From the NCBI GenBank assembly GCA_018060185.1, contig JAGOWQ010000005.1, positions 15,194 to 79,193 of the forward strand: a DNA stretch of 64,000 nucleotides. The letters run 5' to 3'. The stretch's first letter is position 1. Each line of letters begins with the position of its first letter. Made by a program: the position numbers and the translations under genes. The notes under the pieces are model-generated. The model worked only from the letters and a program-made list of their open reading frames with translations, had not been told where the DNA came from and made no database searches. Positions 17,745 to 28,150 of this stretch are shown here, one piece after another. Source of the DNA: Leptotrichiaceae bacterium. GTDB lineage: Bacteria; Fusobacteriota; Fusobacteriia; Fusobacteriales; Leptotrichiaceae.

Positions 17745-18626
17745 TTATATTTCTTTTTCGTCACCTATTTCTCTATGAAATTTAGTAATTTTATAATTAA
17801 ATATTTTACTTAATTCCGCGTGAAGATAATTTACAAAAGTTACTGAACGATGTTGTCCCCCAGAACATCCTATTCCTATTCTTAAATGTGCTTTTCCATC
17901 TTTTTCGTATTTTGGGATTAAGTAAATAAGCATATTTAATAGCATTTCAAAAAATTCTTTACTTTCATCTAATCCCATTACATAATCTGAAACATCCTTA
18001 TGATTTCCAGTTTTTTTTCTGAGCTCGGGAATATAATAAGGATTAGGTAAAAATCTCAAATCAAACATTAAATGCATATCTAACGGAATGCCATATTTAA
18101 AACCAAATGAAGTTAAATTAATACTTAACTTCTTAGTTTTTCCTATAAATTCTTTGTCTAATATTTTTTCGAATTCTTTAACAGAAGTTGTAGATGTATC
18201 AATTATTAAATCAGCCTTTAACATGAAATCCTTTATTAATTTTCTTTCTTCTTTTATATTTTCAAGTAATGTATCGTGAAGATTTAAAGGATGTTTTCTC
18301 CTAGATAGTTCATATCTACTAAGCAAAACATTCGTTCTAGCATCTAAATAAATTATTGTATAATCTATATTTAAATCATTTAAAAGGCTCAGCTGTTTAT
18401 TGAACTGTTCAATAAACTCTTGATTTCTTATATCAATTGCTAATGCAATTTTATCTCTTTTTTCACTACTTATAAAAATTTCATTTAAATATTGAAATAA
18501 ATTTATTGGAAAATTATCTACACAAAAATAACCTCTATCTTCAAAAAAATCCATTGCTTGTGATTTTCCTGCCCCACTCATTCCAGTTATAATTACAAGT
18601 TCTTTTTTAAAATCTTTTTTTTCCAT
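17745..18626 (-). CDS. rapZ: RNase adapter / nucleotide-binding protein RapZ (YvcJ family)
   Basis: Walker A LVIITGMSGAGKSQA, then FCVDNFP and a C-terminal GCSGGQHRSV motif. The ATG at 18626 follows a GAGAAGAGGAAG SD. The track start 18647 is TTG. Confidence 0.85.
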   Translation of the reverse strand: MEKKDFKKELVIITGMSGAGKSQAMDFFEDRGYFCVDNFPINLFQYLNEIFISSEKRDKIALAIDIRNQEFIEQFNKQLSLLNDLNIDYTIIYLDARTNVLLSRYELSRRKHPLNLHDTLLENIKEERKLIKDFMLKADLIIDTSTTSVKEFEKILDKEFIGKTKKLSINLTSFGFKYGIPLDMHLMFDLRFLPNPYYIPELRKKTGNHKDVSDYVMGLDESKEFFEMLLNMLIYLIPKYEKDGKAHLRIGIGCSGGQHRSVTFVNYLHAELSKIFNYKITKFHREIGDEKEI

Positions 18627-18832
18627 ATTAACTTCCTCTTCTCCCAATGCATACTCTAGTAGTTTTATTATACCATAAAAAATATATTTCTAATACAAAA
18701 TTTATGAAATATTTTTAATATAATTTTATTATCATAATTTAAATTAATCTTTTTACAATGTTTTTTATAAGTTAAAAAAAAGAGTTCAATGATACTATTA
18801 GCTATATATAAAATAATAAATTGAGGTGAAAT

Positions 18833-19336
18833 ATGAAAAAAATGTTTAAATTTATTTTAATTTTATTGGTTGTTGGTTTAGGATATTATTTTTTTACAAA
18901 AAATCAAATTGAAATTCCTAATTCTATGGTAAATGTTGCTGTAAAAAGTAAATTTCCAATAGAAAAATCCTATCCTGCTGGTAAAATTAAGTTGTATAAT
19001 CCTAAAACTAAGTTTGAAAATAATAAATTAATTATTAATGCAGAATATTTAAATGATGCATTAAATGATAAAATTTCTGGGACAATGACTTTTGAAACTG
19101 ATTTAGAGTATGATTTTATGAATTCAAAATTATACCTCAATAATTTAAAATTAGTAGATCTAACAAAAGAGGGGGAAAAAATAGATATATCTAAAAAACC
19201 TATTATAAGGACTGGATTAAATATTGCTTTAAACCAACTTGAAAAAAAAGAAATACTAGATTTAAAACAGATTGAAAAATTTCAACTTATTAAAGATATT
19301 AATATAGAAAATAATAAGGTTGTTGTTATAAAATAA
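18833..19336 (+). CDS. hypothetical membrane-anchored or secreted protein (possibly DUF1439/YceB-like)
   Basis: 167 aa with an N-terminal hydrophobic anchor MKKMFKFILILLVVGLGYYFF and a GAGGTG SD. The family assignment rests on loose pattern resemblance only. Confidence 0.55.
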   Translation: MKKMFKFILILLVVGLGYYFFTKNQIEIPNSMVNVAVKSKFPIEKSYPAGKIKLYNPKTKFENNKLIINAEYLNDALNDKISGTMTFETDLEYDFMNSKLYLNNLKLVDLTKEGEKIDISKKPIIRTGLNIALNQLEKKEILDLKQIEKFQLIKDINIENNKVVVIK

Positions 19337-19385
19337 AAAAAGACTTTTATGAAAATTCTTAATAGATTTCATAAAAGTCTTTTTT
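19335..19385. terminator. bidirectional rho-independent terminator
   Basis: Perfect 14-bp stem AGACTTTTATGAAA / TTTCATAAAAGTCT with a 12-nt loop. It has an A-run on one side and a T-run on the other, and sits between convergent genes. Confidence 0.8.
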
Positions 19386-19404
19386 ATATCTAATTTATTT
19401 TTTA

Positions 19405-20031
19405 TTATTTTTCATTTACTTCCCAACTTATAACTTCACCTGTAAGAGCATCGAGTTTAAAGTTATACTCTGTATTTTGATAAACCATTCTTCCTTCATA
19501 TATTATTTTACCGTCATCATCATCGAGTTTTAACCTAATTATATTTTCTTTTTTAGAACCTGTTATTCTTTTTATAATTATTTCTTTTACTTCATCCTCG
19601 CTTATGTATTTTAATGGATTAAATATTTTATTTTCATCTTCATTCATTTTTACGTCTAACATTTCTGGTTTTTCAATATTTACAGTATTACTCACTATTT
19701 CTCTAACCTTTTGACTATAACTTAAAATTTTACCAGTATCTGCGTCTATATTATATTCATATTTTCTTTTTTCAGTGAAAAATTCCATTTCATAAAAAAA
19801 TTTCTTATTTTCTTTATCCAATTTTATTTTGGTAATTCTTGCATCTTTTGGCTCTACTTTTGAATGTTTAAAAGCTAATTCTTTTAATTTTTCAATAGAT
19901 ATTTTTACATCTGAAAGTTTTATAGATTTTCTCGCTTTAGTCTCTGCATTTGAAACCGAAAAAAAAATTGTAACTCCTGATAAAATAATAGATAATCTTA
20001 TCAATGAATTTATAAAAAATTTATTTTTCAT
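19405..20031 (-). CDS. PepSY domain-containing secreted protein (two PepSY repeats)
   Basis: 208 aa with a signal peptide. Two repeats end in DADTGKILSYSQ and DALTGEVISWEV, the PepSY hallmark. Confidence 0.75.
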   Translation of the reverse strand: MKNKFFINSLIRLSIILSGVTIFFSVSNAETKARKSIKLSDVKISIEKLKELAFKHSKVEPKDARITKIKLDKENKKFFYEMEFFTEKRKYEYNIDADTGKILSYSQKVREIVSNTVNIEKPEMLDVKMNEDENKIFNPLKYISEDEVKEIIIKRITGSKKENIIRLKLDDDDGKIIYEGRMVYQNTEYNFKLDALTGEVISWEVNEK

Positions 20032-20169
20032 AACTTTATTATATAATTTGATAAAACAAAAAATATAATTCCTTTCTTTAAAATTAAACGTAATTCCATA
20101 AGTATAATATCATATATATATTAGAAAGTCATTATTTATTTATTTTAATTTTATCATTGATATTTAAAA

Positions 20170-20724
20170 TTATCTATCTGGATTCCAAGTTTGATTTACA
20201 ATATTGAACAATGTCTCAATACTTTCTTTAGGACCCGCTACTTCAATCATATAAATTTTCCCATTATGTTCAGTATAATTTTTAACTGCCGTTTCGTTAG
20301 GATAATTTGTCTCTAATTGAATTGATTTTTTTCCATTTAATGTAGACTCTTTTAGCTTTTTTACATATTTAGCATCCTCTTCATTTCTCGTTAATTTTTC
20401 ATAAGCTGAAAGAGCCATAGAATTAATGTCATATATATCCGTTGTATTCTGCATTAAAGTTATATATTCTTCTTTTTTTTTGCTATTTTCAAATATTATT
20501 ACTTCTACTTCCCCCTCTTGTCTATGAACAATTTCCCAATCTTTTGTCAACGTTACATATCCTGTTTTTTCACTTCCTTTTCTTAAGACTTCAACTTTTT
20601 CAGATACTTCTATTTTAACATTTTTATTGTTAACCGTTTTATCTGAACTTTTGCTTTCTTTATTTGTTTTACCACATGAAAATGTAGCTACAAATAGTAA
20701 TAAAAATAATAATTTTTTTTTCAT
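20170..20724 (-). CDS. hypothetical lipoprotein
   Basis: Signal peptide plus lipobox (LLLFVATFSCGK). The ATG at 20724 is preceded by a GGGAGG SD. The track start 20736 is TTG and lies inside the SD. Confidence 0.65.
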   Translation of the reverse strand: MKKKLLFLLLFVATFSCGKTNKESKSSDKTVNNKNVKIEVSEKVEVLRKGSEKTGYVTLTKDWEIVHRQEGEVEVIIFENSKKKEEYITLMQNTTDIYDINSMALSAYEKLTRNEEDAKYVKKLKESTLNGKKSIQLETNYPNETAVKNYTEHNGKIYMIEVAGPKESIETLFNIVNQTWNPDR

Positions 20725-20843
20725 AAAACCTCCCAAATTTAAAATTTATATTTTTATTATTGTATCATTTTAAACATTAAATTATCATTAGAGTGTTTAT
20801 ATTTTATTGATTTATTATATTATTCACTATTTTAATTTTATTT

Positions 20844-22205
20844 CTAATTAATTTTACAAGGGATTTCAAAAGTAAATAGTGTCCCTTTTTCCAATTGACT
20901 CACAACAGATATAGTTCCATTATGTGCTTCAACTATCCATTTTACCATAGCCAAACCAAGTCCACTGCTATCTGTTGTTCTCGAAGAATCAACCTGAAAA
21001 AATCTAATCCATATTTTATTTATATTTTCTTTTGAAATTCCAATTCCATTATCATATATTTTACCTATTAATTTGTTTCCTGTTTTTATTAATTCAATTT
21101 TTACATATCCATTTTCTTTATTATACGAAATAGCATTAGATATCAAGTTTATGAAAAGTCTCATAAGCATTAGCTCATCTCCTTCTACGTGAATATCCTT
21201 TTCTATTTCAGTTATTATTTTTATATTTTTTTTATCTGCTTCCATCTTTTGATTTTCAATCACAACTTCAGCTAATTCACTTATATTTACAAATTCAATA
21301 TTTAATTTTTGATGTCCTCTGTCTATTCTTGATAATGTCAAAAGTTGAGAAATTAGTTGAGACATTTTTTTTGATTCTTGTAATATTACTTTAAAACTTT
21401 TTTCTACTTTTTCTTTTGAATTTATATGATCGAGTCCATGTTCACTTTGAGAAACAATAATAGATATAGGAGTTCTTAGTTCATGAGATACATCTGAAGT
21501 AAACTGAACCTCACTCTCAAAAGATGTTTGAAGTCTATCAAACATAGTATCAAAAGTTTCAGCTAATGTATGAATTTCATCATTTCCTTTTCCTATATTT
21601 ATCCTTTGTGATAAATTATTTCCCTCATTTATCTTTTCAGCAGCCATTCTTATTTTTTCTATAGGTTTAAAAGCATTTCTTGTTACTAAATATCCTATAA
21701 TTGCTATAAAAAATATAATAAATGGAAAAGTCGCAAAAGAAATAAAAACAATTAGATTTATTGCTTTTTCAGCTTCTGATGCTGGACTAATTCCCCTAAT
21801 CCAAATATCTCCATATTCATTATAATTTTTCTTTGCATCGTAAATATACCATTTTTTATTTCCTCTTTTTACTATTTTTACTTTTTTGTTTTCAGAAAAA
21901 TAATCATCAAATTTAAAATTAAGAGGAAAATCTCCATAAATAAATTTTTTATCTTCATCAAATATTGATATATGAACATTGTTAATATAAACATTTAAAT
22001 CTCTATCTATCTCTAGCTCGTTATCATAAAAAACAATTTTATCAAAACTTTTATTCACAGTATTTTTTAAATTATTATGTTCAGAATTTATAATTAAATT
22101 TTCACTTATATAAAAAATAATACTTAAAAAAAATACTACTAAAATAATCATTAAGCTCACATACCAAAATGTTATTCTTGTTTTAACAGATATATTATTC
22201 ATCAT
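20844..22205 (-). CDS. sensor histidine kinase (two TM helices, HAMP, HisKA, HATPase_c)
   Basis: 453 aa with H-box SHELRTP, N-box LISNAISYN and G-boxes DNGIGI / GLGLAMV. Overlaps the response-regulator stop. Confidence 0.9.
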   Translation of the reverse strand: MMNNISVKTRITFWYVSLMIILVVFFLSIIFYISENLIINSEHNNLKNTVNKSFDKIVFYDNELEIDRDLNVYINNVHISIFDEDKKFIYGDFPLNFKFDDYFSENKKVKIVKRGNKKWYIYDAKKNYNEYGDIWIRGISPASEAEKAINLIVFISFATFPFIIFFIAIIGYLVTRNAFKPIEKIRMAAEKINEGNNLSQRINIGKGNDEIHTLAETFDTMFDRLQTSFESEVQFTSDVSHELRTPISIIVSQSEHGLDHINSKEKVEKSFKVILQESKKMSQLISQLLTLSRIDRGHQKLNIEFVNISELAEVVIENQKMEADKKNIKIITEIEKDIHVEGDELMLMRLFINLISNAISYNKENGYVKIELIKTGNKLIGKIYDNGIGISKENINKIWIRFFQVDSSRTTDSSGLGLAMVKWIVEAHNGTISVVSQLEKGTLFTFEIPCKIN

Positions 22206-22875
22206 CTTCTTCTCTCAACACATACCCTACTCCTCTTATTGTATGTAGTAATTTAGGAGTATAGTTATCATCAATTTTTTTTCTCAAATATCTAACATAA
22301 ACATCTATTACGTTTGTCCCACCTTCATAATCGTAATTCCATATATGTTCTTCTATTTTATCTCTTGTTAGCACTTTCCCTTTATTTCTTACCATATATT
22401 CTAACAATGCAAATTCACGTGCAGATAACTTTATTGAGTCTCCATTTCTTTTAACTTTTCTTGAATTACAGTCCAATGTCAAATCGCTTAATGTGAATAT
22501 ATTATTTACATTTTCTGATGAACCCCTTAACATAACTCTAATTCTTGCTAAAAGTTCATCAAATGCAAAAGGTTTTACAAGATAATCATTTGCACCGTAG
22601 TCAAGTCCTTTTACTCTGTCTTCAATACTACTTTTTGCAGTTAATAAAATAACAGGTGTTTTGTTATTATTACTTCTTATTTTTTTCAAAACTTCAAATC
22701 CATCTATTTTTGGTATCATAACATCTAAAATAATAACATCATAATCAACCATAGAAACATATTCAAGGGCTTCTTTTCCATTGAAGCAACTGTCTACTCC
22801 ATAATGATTATCTGTTAATTTTTCAGTTATTAAATTATTCAAATTTATCTCATCTTCAACGACTAATATTCTCAT
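22195..22875 (-). CDS. OmpR/PhoB-family response regulator
   Basis: 226 aa. Receiver domain (MRILVVEDE...DVIILDVMIPKIDG...KP) plus a winged-helix Trans_reg_C domain (LSAREFALLEYM...IRGVGYVL). Confidence 0.9.
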   Translation of the reverse strand: MRILVVEDEINLNNLITEKLTDNHYGVDSCFNGKEALEYVSMVDYDVIILDVMIPKIDGFEVLKKIRSNNNKTPVILLTAKSSIEDRVKGLDYGANDYLVKPFAFDELLARIRVMLRGSSENVNNIFTLSDLTLDCNSRKVKRNGDSIKLSAREFALLEYMVRNKGKVLTRDKIEEHIWNYDYEGGTNVIDVYVRYLRKKIDDNYTPKLLHTIRGVGYVLREEDDE

Positions 22876-23002
22876 TTGGAAAAACTCCTTTATATTTTTA
22901 TTATTTAATTATATCATATTATTATTAAATATAAAGTCTATTTTAACTAAATGATTATTTATACTTTCCTTAATATCTTATTACAAATTATAATTCATAA
23001 CT

Positions 23003-23053
23003 AAAAACTGCGCCTTATATGTTAATTTTAGCCATCATATAAAGTGCAGTTTT
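23003..23053 (-). terminator. probable rho-independent terminator after ORF 23078..23836
   Basis: Long imperfect hairpin AAAACTGCGCCTTATAT ... ATATAAAGTGCAGTTTT with flanking A/T runs. Confidence 0.6.
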
Positions 23054-23077
23054 ATATATATAATTTATTTTTTTATT

Positions 23078-23836
23078 TTAATTTACAACTAATCCACTTG
23101 CAGTTATTTTTACTCTGCTTGCATTTACATTAAACATTTTCTCTAAAAATTCTTTCCCAACTCTTCTCATTTCTGATTCTGATTTTGCATTAGGATTTTT
23201 TTGAAGCTCTAATTGAGATACTGCCATTGTTAGTCCTAGCATAACCATTTGATCATACATATATTGTTTTTCACTATCACTCATATTACCCATACCTCCA
23301 GTATTAATAAGTGCTGCACGAAGTTGATCTGTCAAAGGTTTCATATAAGAATCATTTAAAGTAACATTATTATACGCTGTATAACTTCCAGCTAATAATG
23401 CAGCAAGCCCAGTTGCCAAATCATTTGTAGGAATACCTAAACTTTTAGCAACTTGAGGAAATGAATTATAAATTTTCTGATACTTACTTCTAATATCATT
23501 TCTTTGGTTAGCTGGATAAAAAGATACGATATTATCAAGACCTCTAGTACTATTTGTACTTTTAAATTTTGTTGTATCATTTTTCACCACTGTACTCGAC
23601 GTATTAGATTTTGATGATTTTTTAGTAGTAGATGACTTTTTAGTAGAAGTTGATTTCTTAGATGTACCTTTAATTGCCGATTTCATCACTAAGTCGTTCA
23701 ATATATAACTACCAGCGCCTATAGACAAACTCATCGCACCATCCGAAGATAAAACGGCGTAAGAACGCTCAGCAGATATTAAGCTTAGCCCTAATATAGT
23801 TAAAGATGTTACTGCAAATAATTTTAATTTTTTCAT
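23078..23836 (-). CDS. hypothetical secreted protein with a Ser/Thr/Lys-rich linker
   Basis: 252 aa with a signal peptide (LSLISAERSYA), a low-complexity block KKSTSTKKSSTTKKSSKSNTSS and a globular C-terminal domain. No motif recognised. Confidence 0.6.
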   Translation of the reverse strand: MKKLKLFAVTSLTILGLSLISAERSYAVLSSDGAMSLSIGAGSYILNDLVMKSAIKGTSKKSTSTKKSSTTKKSSKSNTSSTVVKNDTTKFKSTNSTRGLDNIVSFYPANQRNDIRSKYQKIYNSFPQVAKSLGIPTNDLATGLAALLAGSYTAYNNVTLNDSYMKPLTDQLRAALINTGGMGNMSDSEKQYMYDQMVMLGLTMAVSQLELQKNPNAKSESEMRRVGKEFLEKMFNVNASRVKITASGLVVN

Positions 23837-23966
23837 TTTTGTAATCCTCCTATAGTTTAAATAATAGTTTAAATAATATTTTAAATTTTATATAATATTA
23901 ATAATATACCTTAAGTTTATTTTAATTTAATTCAAATTATTTTATCATATTTACATTAAGATATCA

Positions 23967-24401
23967 TTAAATAACATTATTTTTATCAACATTTTCGATA
24001 CTCTTTTTAATTTCAAATACATAAGTTCCTCTTTTATTAAACACAATATATGTTATTATTGGCCCAATTATTACAGTAGGAAAAATTAAAAATGGGATCA
24101 ATACACTAATAGACATTATCATCCAAACCGCTAACATCATAATAGCAAGAAGTAGTAGTAATTCTTTATTTTCTTTTATATCTATTTCAGTTACTTCCTC
24201 AGATATATTTATTTTTTTTTCAGGTCCTCTTGACAATTTATTTTTGTACATTCTCATTGAATGCTCTCCCTTACTTATTTCTACAATTTTTTGCCCTTTA
24301 TTTGGTATTAAATAAACTTTGTTGTTTATACTAACTTTTATAACTGTAAAAATTGTTAAAATTGAATGTTTACACTTATCATTTAAGATTAATTTTGGCA
24401 T
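23967..24401 (-). CDS. hypothetical membrane protein (soluble N-domain plus two C-terminal TM helices)
   Basis: 144 aa with TM segments LLLLLAIMMLAVWMIMSISVLIPFLIFPTVIIGPIITYIVF. There is no obvious SD at the ATG, so the start is uncertain. Confidence 0.5.
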   Translation of the reverse strand: MPKLILNDKCKHSILTIFTVIKVSINNKVYLIPNKGQKIVEISKGEHSMRMYKNKLSRGPEKKINISEEVTEIDIKENKELLLLLAIMMLAVWMIMSISVLIPFLIFPTVIIGPIITYIVFNKRGTYVFEIKKSIENVDKNNVI

Positions 24402-24651
24402 TTCATTATATTATTAAAAGTGTTTTTGATGTATATTTATAATCAAAAATAACTTAAAATATTCCTCCTTTCATAAAAATAATTTCATTTACTTTTTTAC
24501 ATGATTAATATATCATAATTACATTAAAATATGATTAGAGTCAAAATTTAATTTTAAAAAGATTAAATTTTATTTTGATTTATAACATTCTAATGAAATT
24601 TTAATGTATTTATGGTATATTCTTTGTATAAAATATATACAATATTATAAT

Positions 24652-24685
24652 AAGGAGGATTATTATGAAAGGAGGATTATTATGA
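24652..24685 (+). repeat. perfect 17-bp tandem duplication of SD plus start codon
   Basis: AAGGAGGATTATTATGA occurs twice back to back (24652-24668 and 24669-24685). This is confirmed by the ORF-track translation ...NKEDYYERRIIMKK. Confidence 0.85.
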
Positions 24686-24966
24686 AAAAATTAATTTTAT
24701 GTTTATTTTTTACACTAAGCATATTTTCACTTTCGTCACAAAATCTAAGAGTTGTAGAAAAATGTAAAATAACTTCCAAAGGGACTGATAAAAAAGGAAA
24801 GCTTTATGTCAACTGTAAGAGTTTAGAGTCTGGAAAAGTTTTTAATTTTACTTCTTTGTTAAAAGAATCATGGGTTAAATTTTCTTCTGGTACTGTATTC
24901 AGAATGGAATTCTACGGTTCAGGTTATAAAAACTTAACTTTAGAAACTTTTGATTATTTATATTAA
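24682..24966 (+). CDS. small hypothetical secreted protein
   Basis: 94 aa counted from the second ATG of the duplication. Signal peptide MKKLILCLFFTLSIFSLSS. The longer track ORF (24604) adds an implausible Tyr-rich leader. Confidence 0.6.
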   Translation: MKKLILCLFFTLSIFSLSSQNLRVVEKCKITSKGTDKKGKLYVNCKSLESGKVFNFTSLLKESWVKFSSGTVFRMEFYGSGYKNLTLETFDYLY

Positions 24967-24978
24967 TTTAATATTTCT

Positions 24979-25485
24979 TTAAAATACTGGCTTAAATCCA
25001 GTATTTTTTAATTCTTTTTCTACTTCTTCAAGATACTGAACATTTATTTTATAAAACATTAATAGAAGTTCATCTGTAAATCCTACTGAATTATCCATTA
25101 AATCTCCAATAAATAGCATATCTTGAAAAGCAAAGGCTTTATTAGTAGGCAATAAAAGAGTCATGTCATTTCCTTTTTCACCCGAAAAATCTCCAATTGT
25201 TAAATAATCTATAGCATAGTCTGAAGCCATTAAATAATTGTACATTTCATTCTCATATTCACATCTAATTTTAAATACTACAACTCTTTTTTCAAGTAAT
25301 ACTTTTACTATTTCTAAAGTATTTTCTTCTATTATTTCCTCATTTTTATGTTTTTCAGTATCTTCATATACTAACCTTGCATCTTTATTGTTTTTTAATT
25401 CTTTTGGTATAAAACAAACTATATTACCTTTTCCTAACACTATTAATGAAAAACATATAAACATTAAGAAAACTTTTATTTTCAT
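24979..25485 (-). CDS. hypothetical secreted protein
   Basis: 168 aa with an N-terminal signal-like MKIKVFLMFICFSLIVLG. No motif recognised. Confidence 0.55.
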   Translation of the reverse strand: MKIKVFLMFICFSLIVLGKGNIVCFIPKELKNNKDARLVYEDTEKHKNEEIIEENTLEIVKVLLEKRVVVFKIRCEYENEMYNYLMASDYAIDYLTIGDFSGEKGNDMTLLLPTNKAFAFQDMLFIGDLMDNSVGFTDELLLMFYKINVQYLEEVEKELKNTGFKPVF

Positions 25486-25502
25486 ATTTTTTCACCTTTT
25501 CT

Positions 25503-26753
25503 TCATTTAGAACTTTTTTTATTTTCAACATCTTTTACCCACATTTTATCTTGTCTTTCCTTAGCACCATTTTCAAATTTATTATTTCCAGCATTATAAA
25601 ATTTTACTTTTTCTTTCATATATTTCTGATTTACAAAATTTCCTTCATAGCTATGCGGATACTTATAATCCTTTTGTCCTACTTTTTTTAAATGAGTCGG
25701 AACTTCCTGTATTTTATTATTTTCTATATGGCTTAAAGCGTCATTTATAGACATATAAGCAGAATTACTTTTAGGAGACAATGCTAAATAAAGTCCAACT
25801 TCTGATAATATTATTCTTGATTCTGGAAGTCCTATTTCTTTTACTGCATGCATTCCAGAAACAGCAATAGTAAGAGCTTGAGGATTTGCAAGACCAATAT
25901 CTTCTGATGCAAGTATTACTAATCTTCTAGCTAAATACATAGGATCTTCTCCCCCTGAAATCATTTTTGCCATCCAGTAAACAGTTGCATCTGGATCGCT
26001 TCCCCTTATACTTTTTATCATAGCAGAAATAGTATCATATTTATCTTCAGTTTTGTCGTAAGATTTTCTCGTACTAAGAACTTCTTTTACTTCTTCTAAT
26101 GTCAAATTAATTTCCAATTTAGATAGAAGTTCTAATATGTTTATAGCCTGTCTCGCATCTCCTTCTACTATTTTTGTAATGTAGTAAAGTATATCCGTAG
26201 AAATTTCAAATTTTTCATTTTTATTTATATTATTAAGTATTTCAAATAAATTATCTTCATTTAGTTTTTTAAATTCAAAAGTAAGACACCTTGATAAAAG
26301 TGCATTATTTAAATTATAATAAGGATTTTCAGTAGTTGCTCCTATTAATATAATATTGCCGTTTTCTAGATCTTGAAGTAAAGAATCTTGTTGTAATTTA
26401 TTGAATCTGTGTATTTCATCAAAAAATAACAAAGTCTGTCTCCCTTGAGTAGAAAATATTCTCTTTGCATTTTCTGACAATTCCTTTATGTCAGAAACAG
26501 ACGATTTTATTGCATTTAAATATTTATAGTTATAATTCATTTTATTTGCTATTATTTCTGCCAATGTAGTTTTCCCTGTTCCAGGTGCACCCCAAAATAT
26601 AGAATTCATAATATTTCCCTTATCTATTATTCTTCTAATTATCCCTTTTTCTCCAATTAACTTTTCTTGACCATAAAATGTTTCCAAATTTTTTGGTCTA
26701 TATCTGTATGCTAATGGTTTTTTTTCTTCATAAAGTTCTTCAAATAAATTCAT
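25503..26753 (-). CDS. rarA: replication-associated recombination protein A (AAA+ ATPase)
   Basis: 416 aa with Walker A GAPGTGKTT, Walker B LFFDEIHR and a MgsA C-terminal domain (SDPDATVYWMAKM...GEDP). Confidence 0.9.
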   Translation of the reverse strand: MNLFEELYEEKKPLAYRYRPKNLETFYGQEKLIGEKGIIRRIIDKGNIMNSIFWGAPGTGKTTLAEIIANKMNYNYKYLNAIKSSVSDIKELSENAKRIFSTQGRQTLLFFDEIHRFNKLQQDSLLQDLENGNIILIGATTENPYYNLNNALLSRCLTFEFKKLNEDNLFEILNNINKNEKFEISTDILYYITKIVEGDARQAINILELLSKLEINLTLEEVKEVLSTRKSYDKTEDKYDTISAMIKSIRGSDPDATVYWMAKMISGGEDPMYLARRLVILASEDIGLANPQALTIAVSGMHAVKEIGLPESRIILSEVGLYLALSPKSNSAYMSINDALSHIENNKIQEVPTHLKKVGQKDYKYPHSYEGNFVNQKYMKEKVKFYNAGNNKFENGAKERQDKMWVKDVENKKSSK

Positions 26754-26894
26754 TTTATCACCACTAATTTTATATTTATAATAACTAAATTAATTATATC
26801 ATTTTTTATGAATTTCTCAACTTTTATTTTTAAAAAGTATACTTAAATATTAAATAAGATGTATAATGTAATATGTAATTTTCATCATTAAAAT

Positions 26895-26943
26895 AAAAAG
26901 TAGTTACTTTTCTAATATTATAATTAGAATTTAACTACTTTTT
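26895..26943 (-). terminator. probable terminator after the TrxR-like gene
   Basis: 12-bp stem AAAAAGTAGTTA / TAACTACTTTTT with a ~25-nt loop, followed by a T-run on the minus-strand transcript. Confidence 0.55.
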
Positions 26944-26978
26944 ATATATATTATTTTTTGATAAAATAATTATTTATA

Positions 26979-27965
26979 TTAATATTCTTTTATTAAATAA
27001 TCAAATGCTGAAAGAGCTGCTTTTGCACCTTCTCCAACTGCTATTACTATTTGTTTTTGTTTTATAGTAGTTACATCTCCTGCTGCAAAAATACCTTTCA
27101 CACTTGTCATATTATTCTCATCTATAATTATTTCACCTATTTGATTTGTTTCAACTAGATTTTTTACAAGAGAGCTATTAGCTGACAACCCTATTTCTAT
27201 AAACATACCGTCTACTTTTATTGTTTTTTCTTCATTAGTACTTCTATCAATAACTATTAATTCCTCAAGAAATTCTGTACCATTTACTTTTTTTGTTTCT
27301 GTATTAGTAATTACTTTTACATTTTCTCTTTCTGCTAATTTATCTTGTAAAACTTGATCAGATTTTAATTCTGGCATAAATTCAATTAAAGTAACGTTAT
27401 TTGCTATTCCAGACATATCAAGAGCTGCTTCTACTCCTGAATTTCCACCACCAATAACAGCTACGTCTAACCCTTTATAAAAAGGACCATCACAAGTCGA
27501 ACAGTAGTGAACTCCTTTTCCTGTATATTCTTCTTCTCCAGGTATATTTAGATGTCTATGTTTTGCTCCAGTGGCTATTATAACTGTTTTTGATTTGTAA
27601 CTTTTTCCATCATCAGTTATTATAACTTTATTTTTCCCATCTTCTTTTATTTCTTTTACTAAATGACCGTCCTTAAATGCTACTTCATACTCTTTTAAAT
27701 GTGCTTCTAATTTTTCCGCATATTTACTCCCTGTAGTATTTGGAATTCCTATTATATTTTCTATTTCATTAGTATCAAGAACTTGCCCTCCAACTTTTAC
27801 TCCTATTATAGCTGTTGAAAGACCTTTTCTTACTGAGTATATAGCAGATGAAATTGCTGCTGGACCAGACCCTATAACTGCCACATCATATAACTTACTT
27901 TCATCTATTTTTTTCTTTTTTCCTTCGTCAAGTACACCTAAATTTAAACTAAAATCCATTTCCAT
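26979..27965 (-). CDS. thioredoxin-disulfide reductase family flavoprotein (TrxB / AhpF C-terminal-like)
   Basis: 328 aa with FAD motif [10 protein letters not shown], redox CxxC as [12 protein letters not shown](P)H motif [10 protein letters not shown] and a C-terminal GDV motif. Confidence 0.8.
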   Translation of the reverse strand: MEMDFSLNLGVLDEGKKKKIDESKLYDVAVIGSGPAAISSAIYSVRKGLSTAIIGVKVGGQVLDTNEIENIIGIPNTTGSKYAEKLEAHLKEYEVAFKDGHLVKEIKEDGKNKVIITDDGKSYKSKTVIIATGAKHRHLNIPGEEEYTGKGVHYCSTCDGPFYKGLDVAVIGGGNSGVEAALDMSGIANNVTLIEFMPELKSDQVLQDKLAERENVKVITNTETKKVNGTEFLEELIVIDRSTNEEKTIKVDGMFIEIGLSANSSLVKNLVETNQIGEIIIDENNMTSVKGIFAAGDVTTIKQKQIVIAVGEGAKAALSAFDYLIKEY

Positions 27966-28150
27966 TTCCTCCTATATATTTTTAAATATTAATAATTTTA
28001 AATTTGAAACAATTACAAAACATTGTAATATATTTTTATTTTTTTGTCAAATAATTATTTCAAATTTTTAGTTTATCTTAGAAGGTAAACATAAACTTTA
28101 ATAACTTCTTGAGTAGTATTAACAATTTTTAATATATTTTATTACTTTTT

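Noticed and set aside
20713-20722. Poly-T/A run at the 5' end of the lipoprotein gene (MKKK codons) as a phase-variation tract.
   Set aside because: My count of the homopolymer disagrees by one with the frame implied by the ORF track, so I cannot read its length reliably. K-codon runs after ATG are also common in this genome.
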